A stretch of DNA of 58,277 bases from Flavobacteriales bacterium (lineage in GTDB: Bacteria > Bacteroidota > Bacteroidia > Flavobacteriales_F > PHOS-HE28): contig DASWWQ010000030.1 in assembly GCA_036405935.1 (NCBI GenBank), positions 1 through 58,277 on the forward strand, given 5' to 3'. The notes under the pieces are model-generated. The model saw only the letters and a list, made by a program, of their open reading frames with translations, ran no database searches and was not told where the DNA came from. Positions 26,810 through 35,767 of this stretch are shown piece by piece. How positions within the stretch are numbered: position 1 is the first letter of the stretch; every line of letters starts with the position of its first letter. The position numbers were made by a program, and so were the translations under genes.

Positions 26810-28402
26810 TCACTCCAGCACGTACCTCCGGGTCTGGAAGGCATGCCGATCGCGCAGGTTGGTGCTGATGCCGGCGCGGAAGTAGTTGGTCAGGAAGGCA
26901 TCGCCCTGCTCCGGCGCTTCCGAACGGAAGGTGTAGGCGAATTCCAGCAGGATGCCCGCCCGCGGCTCGATCACCCGGGCCACGCGCAGTTCGTTCTGCA
27001 CCACCAGCACCTCACTGGGCCGACCGATGTAGTAGCCGTAGTCCTGCCCGCGCACACCATCCCTGCGGATGCGATCACGGTCCGAACGGAAGATGTTGTT
27101 GCCGTAGCTGCCGTAGCCGGTCAACGCCGTATCCGCACCCATCACGGCGAAGCTGGCCGTATGGGTCAGCAGCCATCGGTCCTTGCGCCATTCGCCGTGC
27201 GCGATGGCCTCCCAGAACCCGCTTCCGTAGGGATGCGCGAGCGGTTGGCCATAGTGGCTGTAGTTCTGGCGCGTATCGCTGTGCGTGTACATGAAGGGCC
27301 GCACGTAGTTCCACTCGCCCCGCAGGGTAAGCCCGTCCACCTTGAAGGCATCGTGCATCACCACCCCCAGCTGCAGCCCTTGTTTGTTGCCGTACCAGCC
27401 TTCGCCCGAGCGCACGTTGCCCAGCAGGAACTCATCGAACATCAGTTGGCTGTAGACCAGGCCCTTCCGCCCCACCTTCACGTTGACGGCGAAACCCAGC
27501 AGCGCATTGTCCGGGGAGCCCAGCCCGAATTCCACGGGGCGGTAGAAGATCACGGGGTTCACGTAGCTGATGTCGAAACCCCGCGGGTACTTCGGATCGT
27601 TGTCCTGCCAGATGATGCTCTCGAACACCCCGATGTTCAGGCGCTTGGTGGCGTTCCAGCTCAGGTAGTGCATGCTGGTGAACTTCGTCCGGTAGCGGGT
27701 GGGGTCTCCACCCGCGCCACGGATGTCGTTCATCATCGCGAAGAGGTTCACGTACTTGATGCGCCACGCCGTGGTGGTGATCCGGAAATACGGATAGCTG
27801 GTCGCCTCATCGCTCAGGAAGAGCGAGCGGATGCCTTCGCCGAAGAAGTTCTTGCCGCGGCCCAACGTCAGGTGGAAGTATTCACCGGCCCTGTAATCGG
27901 CCCAAGCATTCCAGTCGAGGTGCGTGACCGTCGCGTCCGTGCGGTCCGCGTAGCCTTCACCGGCCGTGACCTGCGTGGCGCGCGCGGTGCTGTCCAGGTA
28001 GTTGGGCAGCGCCTCGGACCAACCCATCCCATCGGCGTGGAAGGTCCACCGCGCACCCGGGCTCCATTCCAGCCATCCACCGGCCCCCGCGCGGTACTTC
28101 AGCATGGAGCTGTCGCCCACGGACGGTCCGGCCAGCAGATCGAGCAATGGGCCGCCGCGCAGGGTCCTGGAAGGGTCCGTGGCCCGCTGGAGCAGGAACG
28201 GCCGCGTGCCGGTGATCAACGTATCGCTCCCGGGGATATCCTCCCGCAGGTAGGGCCTCACCGCGCTGTGGCCGCTGTTGCCGAAGCCGTGCATCCATGC
28301 GCCGCCGTTGGCGTCGATGGTGCGGCTCAACGGCAACCAACCTTGTTGTGCGCGAAGCCCACCGGCCAGACCGAGGGCGGCCATCAAGGGGAGCCACTTC
28401 AT
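26810..28402 (-). CDS. outer-membrane protein, capsule-assembly Wzi / gliding RemB-like family
   Basis: 530 aa with signal peptide MKWLPLMAALGLAGGLRAQ. Motifs are RSLFLSDEATSYPYFRITT, YVRPFMYTHSD and HYGQPLAHPYGSGFWE. Paralogue of 29522-31105. Confidence 0.7.
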   Translation of the reverse strand: MKWLPLMAALGLAGGLRAQQGWLPLSRTIDANGGAWMHGFGNSGHSAVRPYLREDIPGSDTLITGTRPFLLQRATDPSRTLRGGPLLDLLAGPSVGDSSMLKYRAGAGGWLEWSPGARWTFHADGMGWSEALPNYLDSTARATQVTAGEGYADRTDATVTHLDWNAWADYRAGEYFHLTLGRGKNFFGEGIRSLFLSDEATSYPYFRITTTAWRIKYVNLFAMMNDIRGAGGDPTRYRTKFTSMHYLSWNATKRLNIGVFESIIWQDNDPKYPRGFDISYVNPVIFYRPVEFGLGSPDNALLGFAVNVKVGRKGLVYSQLMFDEFLLGNVRSGEGWYGNKQGLQLGVVMHDAFKVDGLTLRGEWNYVRPFMYTHSDTRQNYSHYGQPLAHPYGSGFWEAIAHGEWRKDRWLLTHTASFAVMGADTALTGYGSYGNNIFRSDRDRIRRDGVRGQDYGYYIGRPSEVLVVQNELRVARVIEPRAGILLEFAYTFRSEAPEQGDAFLTNYFRAGISTNLRDRHAFQTRRYVLE

Positions 28403-29514
28403 TTGGGGCGGTTGTAGCTGAGCGCGAAAGGAAGGAGGGAGAGTACCAAGGCCGTGCTGCCCAGGATGAAGAGACCCTTGTTGGGCAGGATATCCCGGGT
28501 CAGCAGGCTGAGGGCGATCAACGTGAGGGCGTAGGCCGCCAGGGCCAGCACGGTACCCTTGTGCCCGAGACCCATGGCCATCAGGCGATGGTGGATGTGA
28601 TTGCGGTCGGCGGAGAAGGGTGACACGCCGCGGGCGGCGCGAACGAAGAAGATGCGGAAGGTGTCCACCAGCGGATAAGCGATGGCCGCCATGGCGAAGA
28701 GGGGTGCAGGCACCGTGCGCAGCCAGACCGGGAGGCGCGAGACATCATGGTCCACGATACGCATGGCCAGCACACTGATCACCGCACCGATGATCAGCGA
28801 CCCGCTATCGCCCATGAAGATCCGGGCGGGGTTCCAGTTGAACACGAGGAAGCCCACGAGCGCACCGGCCAGGGTGAAGGCCAGCAGCGAAAGGGCCACA
28901 TCACCGGCCCAATAGAGCCAGAGTCCGTACGACGCGGCGCTGATCAGCCCGATGGTGGCGGCCAGTCCGTCCACGCCGTCGATCAGGTTGAAGGCGTTCA
29001 CCAGCACCAGGTAGGTGAAGAACGAGAAGCCCACGCTGACCCAATAGGGCAATTCGTACACGCTGAGGATGCCGTGCATGTCGCGGATGCGCACATCGCC
29101 CATCACCACCAGGATGTAGCCCACGATCAGGTGCCCGATCAGCTTCTTCATGGGCGAGAAGCCGATGATATCGTCCTTCACCCCGATGAAGAAGAGGAGC
29201 ACCATGGTGGCGATGACGAACTTGAAATCCTTGTAGGCCAGCCCCATCTCCTTGTACAAGGGCAGGTAGCTCTCGGGCCCCACATCGGCCAAACGGGCTT
29301 GGGGGAACCACAGGCTGTAGCTGAAGAGGATGGAGGCGAAGATCAGGATGCCCCCGATGGTGGGAATGCTGCGCTGGTGCAGCTTGCGGTCCTCCTTGGG
29401 CTCGTCCACCAGATGCTTCCTGCGCGCCACCTTGATGAGGCTGGGCATGGTGAAGAGCACCACCACGAACGCCGTGAAGAAGCCCAGCAGCAGGATGTAG
29501 TTGTGTTCCCTCAC
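28399..29514 (-). CDS. MraY/WecA family glycosyltransferase (undecaprenyl-phosphate HexNAc-1-phosphate transferase)
   Basis: KHLVDEPKEDRKLHQRSIPTIGGILIF...NAFNLIDGVDGLA...NWNPARIFMGDSGSL. Start placed at GTG 29514, just after the upstream stop; an alternative start at 29565 would overlap that gene by 44 nt. Confidence 0.85.
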   Translation of the reverse strand: MREHNYILLLGFFTAFVVVLFTMPSLIKVARRKHLVDEPKEDRKLHQRSIPTIGGILIFASILFSYSLWFPQARLADVGPESYLPLYKEMGLAYKDFKFVIATMVLLFFIGVKDDIIGFSPMKKLIGHLIVGYILVVMGDVRIRDMHGILSVYELPYWVSVGFSFFTYLVLVNAFNLIDGVDGLAATIGLISAASYGLWLYWAGDVALSLLAFTLAGALVGFLVFNWNPARIFMGDSGSLIIGAVISVLAMRIVDHDVSRLPVWLRTVPAPLFAMAAIAYPLVDTFRIFFVRAARGVSPFSADRNHIHHRLMAMGLGHKGTVLALAAYALTLIALSLLTRDILPNKGLFILGSTALVLSLLPFALSYNRPK

Positions 29515-29521
29515 GCCGCGG

Positions 29522-31105
29522 TCAGATATCGTAATAGCGGTTGAAGAGTCCCGTCCGCAGGGCAAAATAGAGGTAACCGCTGTTCACCTGTTGCATGGCG
29601 GGGGTCAGGTCCCGGGTCCACCAGCCGGCCGTGAAATGCAGGTTGGTGGAGGGATTCATGCGGTAGGTGAAGCTCAGGTCGAGCCAGAAGCGCTGGCGAA
29701 GCTCCATGGCGTCCACGGTCCATGCGGTGTTGTCGGTCACGAAGATGTCCCCGCCACTGATGGAGTTCTCCTGCAGGTCCACCCGGATATCGGCCAGGTT
29801 GGCCATTGCCCGGAACCAGTACCGCTGGCGGATGCCGTAGTCCACCTGCACCAACGCTTCGTTGAAACCCGCTCCCAAGGGGTTGGCCAAGGCCTGACCG
29901 GCATGCCCGTAGTTGATGCGGGGATCACCCTTGGTGTATGCGAAGGGCGTGGCGCTGTTGTACTCCACCAGCACATGCAGGTCCTTCCGGCCCAGGTCGA
30001 AGCATTGAAGCCCCGCCTGCCAAGCGTAGCGCTGGCGCGAGGGGTCGTCCAACGCGAACTGCCCGTACACGAAGAGCTTGTTGCGCAGGCGGACCTTGGT
30101 GTCGATGCCCACCAGTTGCTTGCTGGGCCCGTCGAAACCGTTGACGATCGTGTTCAGCCCGATCACGGGATTCAGCTCCAAGGGATCGTAGGGCAGCACG
30201 CCGGTGCTGTCGATGTTCTTCCAGATGGTGGCCTCGAACAGACCGACCTGAACCGGTCCGAGGGTGATGCCGGCGTGGCGGAACGACGCCCGCTTCCAAT
30301 AGAACAGCGACTCTCCGCCCTCGCCCGTGGGTAAGCGGTTGTCCGCACCGAACATGGTCAGCTTGGCATTGATCGCGGAGTATTGGAAGCGCTTGTTGGT
30401 GGTGATCGCGCTGAGCTTGATGTACGGATAGGGCGAGGTGTTGTCGCTCAGCAACATCGAGCGGTAGCCGTTGCCCACGAAATGCCGGCCTTGGCCGATC
30501 TGCACGTTCAGCCACGTCCGGGGCGTCCAGCTCACGTTGCCCATGGCCCAAGCGAAGTCCAGTCCACGCTCGTTGAAGTCCTTGATGCGACCTTGGCCGG
30601 GCACCGAGCCACCGCGCTGCGCCTGGAAGTAGAGGAAGGCCGGCAGGGCGGCCTGGTTCTCATAGAACGAGGTCTGGAAAGAGACGGTGGGCCCCAGATC
30701 GGCGGTGACCCAGAAACCCCGTCCGTTGTGGTTCATGTTGGCGTTCTCCGAGAAGTCGGTCGCCTCGTTGAACTCCCGCCCGTACTCCAGGTTGAACACC
30801 GGATCGATGGTGAGTCGGAAGCCCCCTTCGCGTACCTCCAACAGATGATCGGCGAAAAGCTTCTTGCTGATCCAGTAGTAGTGCCGTGCGCTATCGGGCG
30901 TGTAGCCCATCACGTTGCGCAGGTCGGCCCGGCTGGCGATGATGGGCCGCAGCCCGGTGTACATGGTGCTGCCACTGTCCGAACCGTTACGATCGATGTC
31001 GTAGTAGATGTCACGGTTCAGCGGGATGTCGTTCTGCTGGGCGATCGACAACGACCACAAGCCCAGTGCGGCCACCGACAGGGAGGTGCGGATCGGGAAC
31101 GACAT
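29522..31105 (-). CDS. outer-membrane protein, Wzi/RemB-like family (paralogue)
   Basis: Signal peptide MSFPIRTSLSVAALGLWSLSIAQ. Motifs are RSMLLSDNTSPYPYIKLSA, ATPFAYTKGD and NYGHAGQALANPLGAGFNE. Start taken at ATG 31105; the ORF extends to 31264. Confidence 0.7.
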   Translation of the reverse strand: MSFPIRTSLSVAALGLWSLSIAQQNDIPLNRDIYYDIDRNGSDSGSTMYTGLRPIIASRADLRNVMGYTPDSARHYYWISKKLFADHLLEVREGGFRLTIDPVFNLEYGREFNEATDFSENANMNHNGRGFWVTADLGPTVSFQTSFYENQAALPAFLYFQAQRGGSVPGQGRIKDFNERGLDFAWAMGNVSWTPRTWLNVQIGQGRHFVGNGYRSMLLSDNTSPYPYIKLSAITTNKRFQYSAINAKLTMFGADNRLPTGEGGESLFYWKRASFRHAGITLGPVQVGLFEATIWKNIDSTGVLPYDPLELNPVIGLNTIVNGFDGPSKQLVGIDTKVRLRNKLFVYGQFALDDPSRQRYAWQAGLQCFDLGRKDLHVLVEYNSATPFAYTKGDPRINYGHAGQALANPLGAGFNEALVQVDYGIRQRYWFRAMANLADIRVDLQENSISGGDIFVTDNTAWTVDAMELRQRFWLDLSFTYRMNPSTNLHFTAGWWTRDLTPAMQQVNSGYLYFALRTGLFNRYYDI

Positions 31106-31159
31106 GCGAAAGGCGGAGCGGGCCGAAGGTAGACGAAGCGGGGTTGCCCCAACAAGAGC

Positions 31160-31185
31160 GCGGCCCGGCAGTGATGCCGGGCCGC
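31160..31185 (-). terminator. 11-bp perfect GC hairpin downstream of fcl
   Basis: GCGGCCCGGCA-nnnn-TGCCGGGCCGC lies 20 nt after the fcl stop. The tail on the minus strand (gctcttgttgg) is only weakly U-rich. Confidence 0.5.
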
Positions 31186-31205
31186 GAACGATGAAGGCTT
31201 CCGCC

Positions 31206-32144
31206 TCAGGCCTTCGCCAACTCGCTCTTCGCGAAATCGGCATATACGCTGGTGATCCCTTCACGCAAGCCGATGCGGTGTTTCCAACCCATGTTGTGCA
31301 GGCGGGAAACGTCCATCAGTTTACGCGGGGTGCCATCGGGTTTCTCGGTGTTCCATTTCAGTTCACCGTTGTAGCCCACGATCTCCTTGATCATCTCGGC
31401 CAGCGCCTTGATGGTGAGGTCCTCGCCGGTGCCGATGTTCACGAACATCTCCTCGTCGTAGTTCCTCAGCAGGAAGAAGCAGGCGTCGGCGAGATCGTCC
31501 ACGTGCAGGAACTCCCGCATGGGCGAGCCGGTTCCCCAGACCTCCACGCTGGGCGCGTTGGTCACCTTGGCCGTGTGGAACTTCCGGATCAGCGCGGGCA
31601 GCACGTGGCTGTTGTTGAGGTCGTAGTTGTCGTTGGGGCCGTAGAGGTTGGTGGGCATGGCGCTGATGTAGTTGCGCCCGTACTGGCGGCGATAGCTCTC
31701 GGCCAGCTTGATGCCCGCGATCTTAGCGATGGCGTACGGCTCATTGGTCTGCTCCAGCAATCCGGTCAGCAGGCTTTCCTCCTTCAAGGGCTGGGGCGCC
31801 ATCTTGGGATAGATGCAGCTGGAGCCGAGGAACAGCAGCTTCTGCACCTCGTTCTCATGCGCCGAGTGGATCACGTTGCTCTCGATCATCAGGTTCTCGT
31901 AGAGGAACTGCGCCCGGTACACGTTGTTGGCGTGGATACCTCCCACCTTGGCCGCGGCCAGCACCACCACATCGGGTCTCTCCTTCGCGAAGAAGTCGCG
32001 CACGGCGCCCTGCTCCTTCAGGTCGAGCTCCTTGCTGCCGCGGGTCACGATGTTGGTGAAGCCTTCCTTCTGCAGCTTCCGCACGATGGCGCTACCCACC
32101 ATGCCCCGGTGGCCTGCGACGTAGATCTTGTCGGTCTTTTCCAT
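31206..32144 (-). CDS. fcl: GDP-L-fucose synthase
   Basis: [24 protein letters not shown]...SSCIYPK...YAIAKIAG... is the typical Fcl/WcaG short-chain dehydrogenase pattern. Confidence 0.92.
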   Translation of the reverse strand: MEKTDKIYVAGHRGMVGSAIVRKLQKEGFTNIVTRGSKELDLKEQGAVRDFFAKERPDVVVLAAAKVGGIHANNVYRAQFLYENLMIESNVIHSAHENEVQKLLFLGSSCIYPKMAPQPLKEESLLTGLLEQTNEPYAIAKIAGIKLAESYRRQYGRNYISAMPTNLYGPNDNYDLNNSHVLPALIRKFHTAKVTNAPSVEVWGTGSPMREFLHVDDLADACFFLLRNYDEEMFVNIGTGEDLTIKALAEMIKEIVGYNGELKWNTEKPDGTPRKLMDVSRLHNMGWKHRIGLREGITSVYADFAKSELAKA

Positions 32145-32149
32145 GGAAT

Positions 32150-32230
32150 GCGTTGCGTGTTGGTTGGTTACGTGCTACGCGTTGGGAGCGCGTTCAACAC
32201 GCAACACGCCAACACGTCGACACGCAACGA
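32150..32230. repeat. GTTGCGTGT direct/inverted repeat cluster forming a long imperfect hairpin between gmd and fcl
   Basis: The minus strand reads cGTTGCGTGTcgacGTGTTGGcGTGTTGCGTGTTGaACGCGctcccaaCGCGTagcacgtaaccaaCCAACACGCAACGc. The outer stem is GTTGCGTGTTG/CAACACGCAAC and the inner stem is ACGCG/CGCGT. Confidence 0.4.
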
Positions 32231-32231
32231 T

Positions 32232-33431
32232 CTACTCCTGCTCGTGCAGGATCTTGTGTCCGCCCTTCTTGAGGTACACATCGCGCTTGAAGAGCTCCAG
32301 ATCGCTCTGGACCATCTCGTTCACGAGGGCCTTCAGGTCGTACTTATGTTTCCAGCCCAGCACGCGCTTGGCCTTCGAGGGATCGCCCTCCAGGTGGTCC
32401 ACCTCGGCGGGACGGTAGTAGCGGGGATCGATGGCCACGAGCACCTTGCCCGTCTTCTTGTCGATGCCCTTCTCCTTCTCGCCCTTGCCCTTCCATTCGA
32501 GCTTGATGCCCACCTCGGCGAAGGCCAGGTCGATGAAATGGCGCACGGTGTAGGTCTTGCCGGTGGCCAGCACGAAGTCATCGGGTTTGTCCGCCTGCAG
32601 CATCAGCCACATGCCTTCCACGTAGTCCTTGGCATGGCCCCAGTCGCGCTTGGCGTCGAGGTTGCCGAGGTACAGGGTCTTCTGCAGGCCCAATTTGATC
32701 TTCGCCACGGCGCGGGTGATCTTGCGCGTCACGAAGGTCTCGCCGCGCAGGGGGCTCTCGTGGTTGAAGAGGATGCCGTTGCAGGCGAAGATGTTGTAGC
32801 TCTCGCGGTAGTTCTTGGTGATCCAGAAGCCGTAGAGCTTGGCCACGCCATAGGGGCTCTTCGGGTAGAAGGGCGTCTCCTCGTTCTGTGCCCGGGGCAG
32901 CACACCACCGTACAGTTCGGAGGTGGAGGCCTGGTAGAAGCGGGTCTTCTTCTCCATGCCCAGGATACGGATGGCCTCCAGGAAGCGGAGCGTACCGATG
33001 CCGTCGGCGTTGGCCGTGTACTCGGGCATCTCGAAGCTCACCGCCACGTGGCTCATCGCGGCCAGGTTGTAGATCTCGTCGGGTTGGATCTCCTTCACCA
33101 GACGCAGGCAGTTGACGCTGTCGGTGAGGTCGCCGTAGTGCAGGAAGAAGGGACGGCCCTGCTCGTGCATGTCGTGGTACAGGTGGTCGATCCGGTCGGT
33201 GTTGAAGAGCGAACTGCGCCGCTTCACCCCGTGCACCTCATACCCCTTGTTCAACAGCAGTTCACTGAGGTACGCGCCGTCCTGTCCGGTGACGCCGGTG
33301 ATGAGGGCCACCTTGCGCCTGCCCTTCTTCGCGGGTGCGGCCTTGGGCTTCTTGGCGGCCGCCGTGAGGGAACGCTTCTTCACCGGTGCCTTGCGGGTGC
33401 TGGTCGTCGCGGATGCGATCTTCTTTGCCAT
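32232..33431 (-). CDS. gmd: GDP-mannose 4,6-dehydratase with a 38-40 aa Lys/Ala-rich N-terminal extension
   Basis: The core [35 protein letters not shown]...SPYGVAKLY... is canonical Gmd. The ATG at 33431 adds [39 protein letters not shown]. An in-frame GTG at 33311 would give a canonical-length protein. Confidence 0.92.
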   Translation of the reverse strand: MAKKIASATTSTRKAPVKKRSLTAAAKKPKAAPAKKGRRKVALITGVTGQDGAYLSELLLNKGYEVHGVKRRSSLFNTDRIDHLYHDMHEQGRPFFLHYGDLTDSVNCLRLVKEIQPDEIYNLAAMSHVAVSFEMPEYTANADGIGTLRFLEAIRILGMEKKTRFYQASTSELYGGVLPRAQNEETPFYPKSPYGVAKLYGFWITKNYRESYNIFACNGILFNHESPLRGETFVTRKITRAVAKIKLGLQKTLYLGNLDAKRDWGHAKDYVEGMWLMLQADKPDDFVLATGKTYTVRHFIDLAFAEVGIKLEWKGKGEKEKGIDKKTGKVLVAIDPRYYRPAEVDHLEGDPSKAKRVLGWKHKYDLKALVNEMVQSDLELFKRDVYLKKGGHKILHEQE

Positions 33432-33449
33432 ATCGTGGGTTGGTGCTGC

Positions 33450-34280
33450 TTATTCAACGATGAACCACTGGTTCACCAATTCGTGCTTGTTGTAACGCAT
33501 GCGTGCGCCGGTGGTCACATCCTTCAGGTCCTTTCCGGCCTCCAGGGCGATGGCCTGACCGGCGGCGGTGTCCCATTCCATCGTGGGCGCATAGCGGGGG
33601 TAGACGTCCGCGCTGCCCTCGGCCACCAGGCAGATCTTCAGGGCGCTGCCCATGTTGGTGAGGGTGATGCGTCCGTGCTCCTGTTCCATGCGGCGGATGA
33701 AGGCCTCCGTTTCAGGCGACGCATGGGAGCGGCTGGCCACGATGGTGAAGGCTTCTCGGCGAACGGACATGGGCAATCGCGCGGCTTGCGCGGCGAGTTC
33801 ATACGCGCTGCCCCCGGCGAAGGTTCGTGCCCGTTCCAAGCGGTAGGCACCTCCCCCTTCCCAGGCGAAGTACAGCAGGTCGCGGGCCGGCACGTACAGC
33901 ACCCCGCCGATGGTGCGCGCGGCGCCCAACGTGGACAAAGGCTCATCGTCCCGTTCCATCAGGGCGATGTTCACGGTGAACTCCCCGTTGCGCTTCACGA
34001 ACTCCTTGGTGCCATCGAGGGGATCCACCAGCCAGTACCGCTCCCACGCTTGGCGCTCCGCCGTTCCCACCATGCGCCCTTCCTCGCTCAGCACGGGCAG
34101 GTCCGTACCGGCCAAGGCTTCCACGATGGCCCGGTGGGCGCGGCGATCGGCTTCGGTCAAGGGTGATCGGTCGTCCTTCAGCTCCACATCGAAGGAGGTG
34201 GCATAGACCTCCATGATCGCGCTGCCTGCCGCGAAGGCCGCCGCAATGGCCCGACCGATCAGGTGAGGGGTGCCGTTCAC
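33450..34280 (-). CDS. cysQ: 3'(2'),5'-bisphosphate nucleotidase
   Basis: VLSEEG...YWLVDPLDGTKEFVKRNGEFTVNIAL...WDTAAGQAI is the inositol monophosphatase/CysQ pattern. GTG start at 34280. Confidence 0.85.
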   Translation of the reverse strand: MNGTPHLIGRAIAAAFAAGSAIMEVYATSFDVELKDDRSPLTEADRRAHRAIVEALAGTDLPVLSEEGRMVGTAERQAWERYWLVDPLDGTKEFVKRNGEFTVNIALMERDDEPLSTLGAARTIGGVLYVPARDLLYFAWEGGGAYRLERARTFAGGSAYELAAQAARLPMSVRREAFTIVASRSHASPETEAFIRRMEQEHGRITLTNMGSALKICLVAEGSADVYPRYAPTMEWDTAAGQAIALEAGKDLKDVTTGARMRYNKHELVNQWFIVE

Positions 34281-34417
34281 GGGGGACGAAGGTATCCTTG
34301 ACTGGTTCCTGCCGAAGCCGGGGAAAGGGAAATTGAAGGTGGTGCGTTGTCAATTACCGGTTGTCAGGATCGGCACTCCCGCTCCGACAACGGACGATCC
34401 AGGTCCCACCAAAGGCC

Positions 34418-35767
34418 CTAGGGCTTCGCGTAGCGCTCCCGGTACTGGCGGTAGAGCTGCTTCTGCGTGTCGTCCAACGACAACTTGCGGCCATCGATGA
34501 AAGCGTGCTCCACGTTGTTGGTGCGCATGTCCAGCGCATCGCCCGTGCTGATGAAGAGCGTGGCGCTCTTACCGGCCTCCAGGCTTCCATAGCGCTGGTC
34601 GATCCCCAGTATCGCCGCGGCATCGAGGGTGATGGAGCGCAGCGCTTCCTCACGTCCGAGGCCGTAGGTGCTGGCGGTGCCGGCCACGAAAGCCAGGTTG
34701 CGGCTGCCCATGCGTTCCATGTCGCCGGTGTAGCTCAGGCAGAAGCGCACACCGCGCTCCTTCAGCAGGGCCGGCAGGCGGTACGGCAGGTCCACGGGAT
34801 CATCCGTCCGCAGGGGAAGGCTGTGCGACCGGAGCAGGATCACGTCCACCTTCCGGTCGCGCAACAGATCGGCCACGCGCCAAGCGTCGTAGCCTCCTAC
34901 GATCACGGTGCGTTGTACCCCCATCTCCTTGGCGAAGAGCACGGCCTCCTGGATCTCGCGGCCCCGATCGGCATGCACGAAGAGCGTTCGGCTTCCATCG
35001 AAGAGGGGCTTCAAGGCCTCGAGACGCAGGTCCACCTCCGTGACCTTCTCCGGTGAAGCATAGGCCTTGGCGCGGAGGAACAAGCGGCGCAGGGTCTCGA
35101 TGCGAAGACCGCGTTGATCCTCCTCGCGTTTGGCCGTGGCATCGGGTTCGGCCCACCAGCCGCGCCGATCGAAGGAAGGGGGCCAGTTCATATGGGTACC
35201 GTCATCGCGGCGCACCACGGCCTCTTCCGGCTCCCAGGCATCGAGCTGCACCACGCTGCTGGTACCGCTCAACGCTCCTCCACGCGGGACGATCTGGGCG
35301 AGCAGCACCCCGTTGTTGCGCACTGTGGGGATCACCTTCGAGTCCGTGTTGTAGGCCGTGATGGTCCGCACCTCGGGCTCCAGGTCACCGACCTCACGTT
35401 CGTCGGAACTCGCACGTACCGCATCGAGTTCCACCAGACCCAAGGTGATGTCGGGCAGGATGAAGCCTGGATAGATGTGCTTACCGGTGGCGTCGATCAC
35501 GGTGTCGTAGGCGGCCGTCACCCCGTACGAATAGCCCACGAAGTCGATCACGCCCTTACGGAAGCCGACGGCGCCGTCCACGATGCTGCGGCCATCGCCG
35601 ACGTGCACCGTACCCCCTTTCACCAGGATCGACCGGGCCTGCGCCGGAGCCGGCGTCGGCCGTTGCGCGGGGGCGACCAGGGCCAAGCCCACGCCGAGCA
35701 GGAGCACAGCGAGCCGCACCGGCAATTGCCCGTTGCGCCCACCGTTGCCGCTCTTCCCGTTGTTCAT
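34418..35767 (-). CDS. amidohydrolase family protein (HxH motif not conserved)
   Basis: Signal peptide, then ILVKGGTVHVGDGRSIVDGAVGFRKGVIDFVG...VIDATGKHIYPGFILPDITLGLVE. ATG 35767 overlaps the upstream stop (ATGA). Confidence 0.8.
   Translation of the reverse strand: MNNGKSGNGGRNGQLPVRLAVLLLGVGLALVAPAQRPTPAPAQARSILVKGGTVHVGDGRSIVDGAVGFRKGVIDFVGYSYGVTAAYDTVIDATGKHIYPGFILPDITLGLVELDAVRASSDEREVGDLEPEVRTITAYNTDSKVIPTVRNNGVLLAQIVPRGGALSGTSSVVQLDAWEPEEAVVRRDDGTHMNWPPSFDRRGWWAEPDATAKREEDQRGLRIETLRRLFLRAKAYASPEKVTEVDLRLEALKPLFDGSRTLFVHADRGREIQEAVLFAKEMGVQRTVIVGGYDAWRVADLLRDRKVDVILLRSHSLPLRTDDPVDLPYRLPALLKERGVRFCLSYTGDMERMGSRNLAFVAGTASTYGLGREEALRSITLDAAAILGIDQRYGSLEAGKSATLFISTGDALDMRTNNVEHAFIDGRKLSLDDTQKQLYRQYRERYAKP

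Noticed and set aside
31008-34166. 1052-aa plus-strand ORF spanning the fcl, gmd and cysQ region
   Set aside because: It runs antisense to three well-supported genes. Stop codons are rare on the opposite strand of high-GC3 genes, and the translation is low-complexity (H/G/V/L/A/D/R rich) with no family features.
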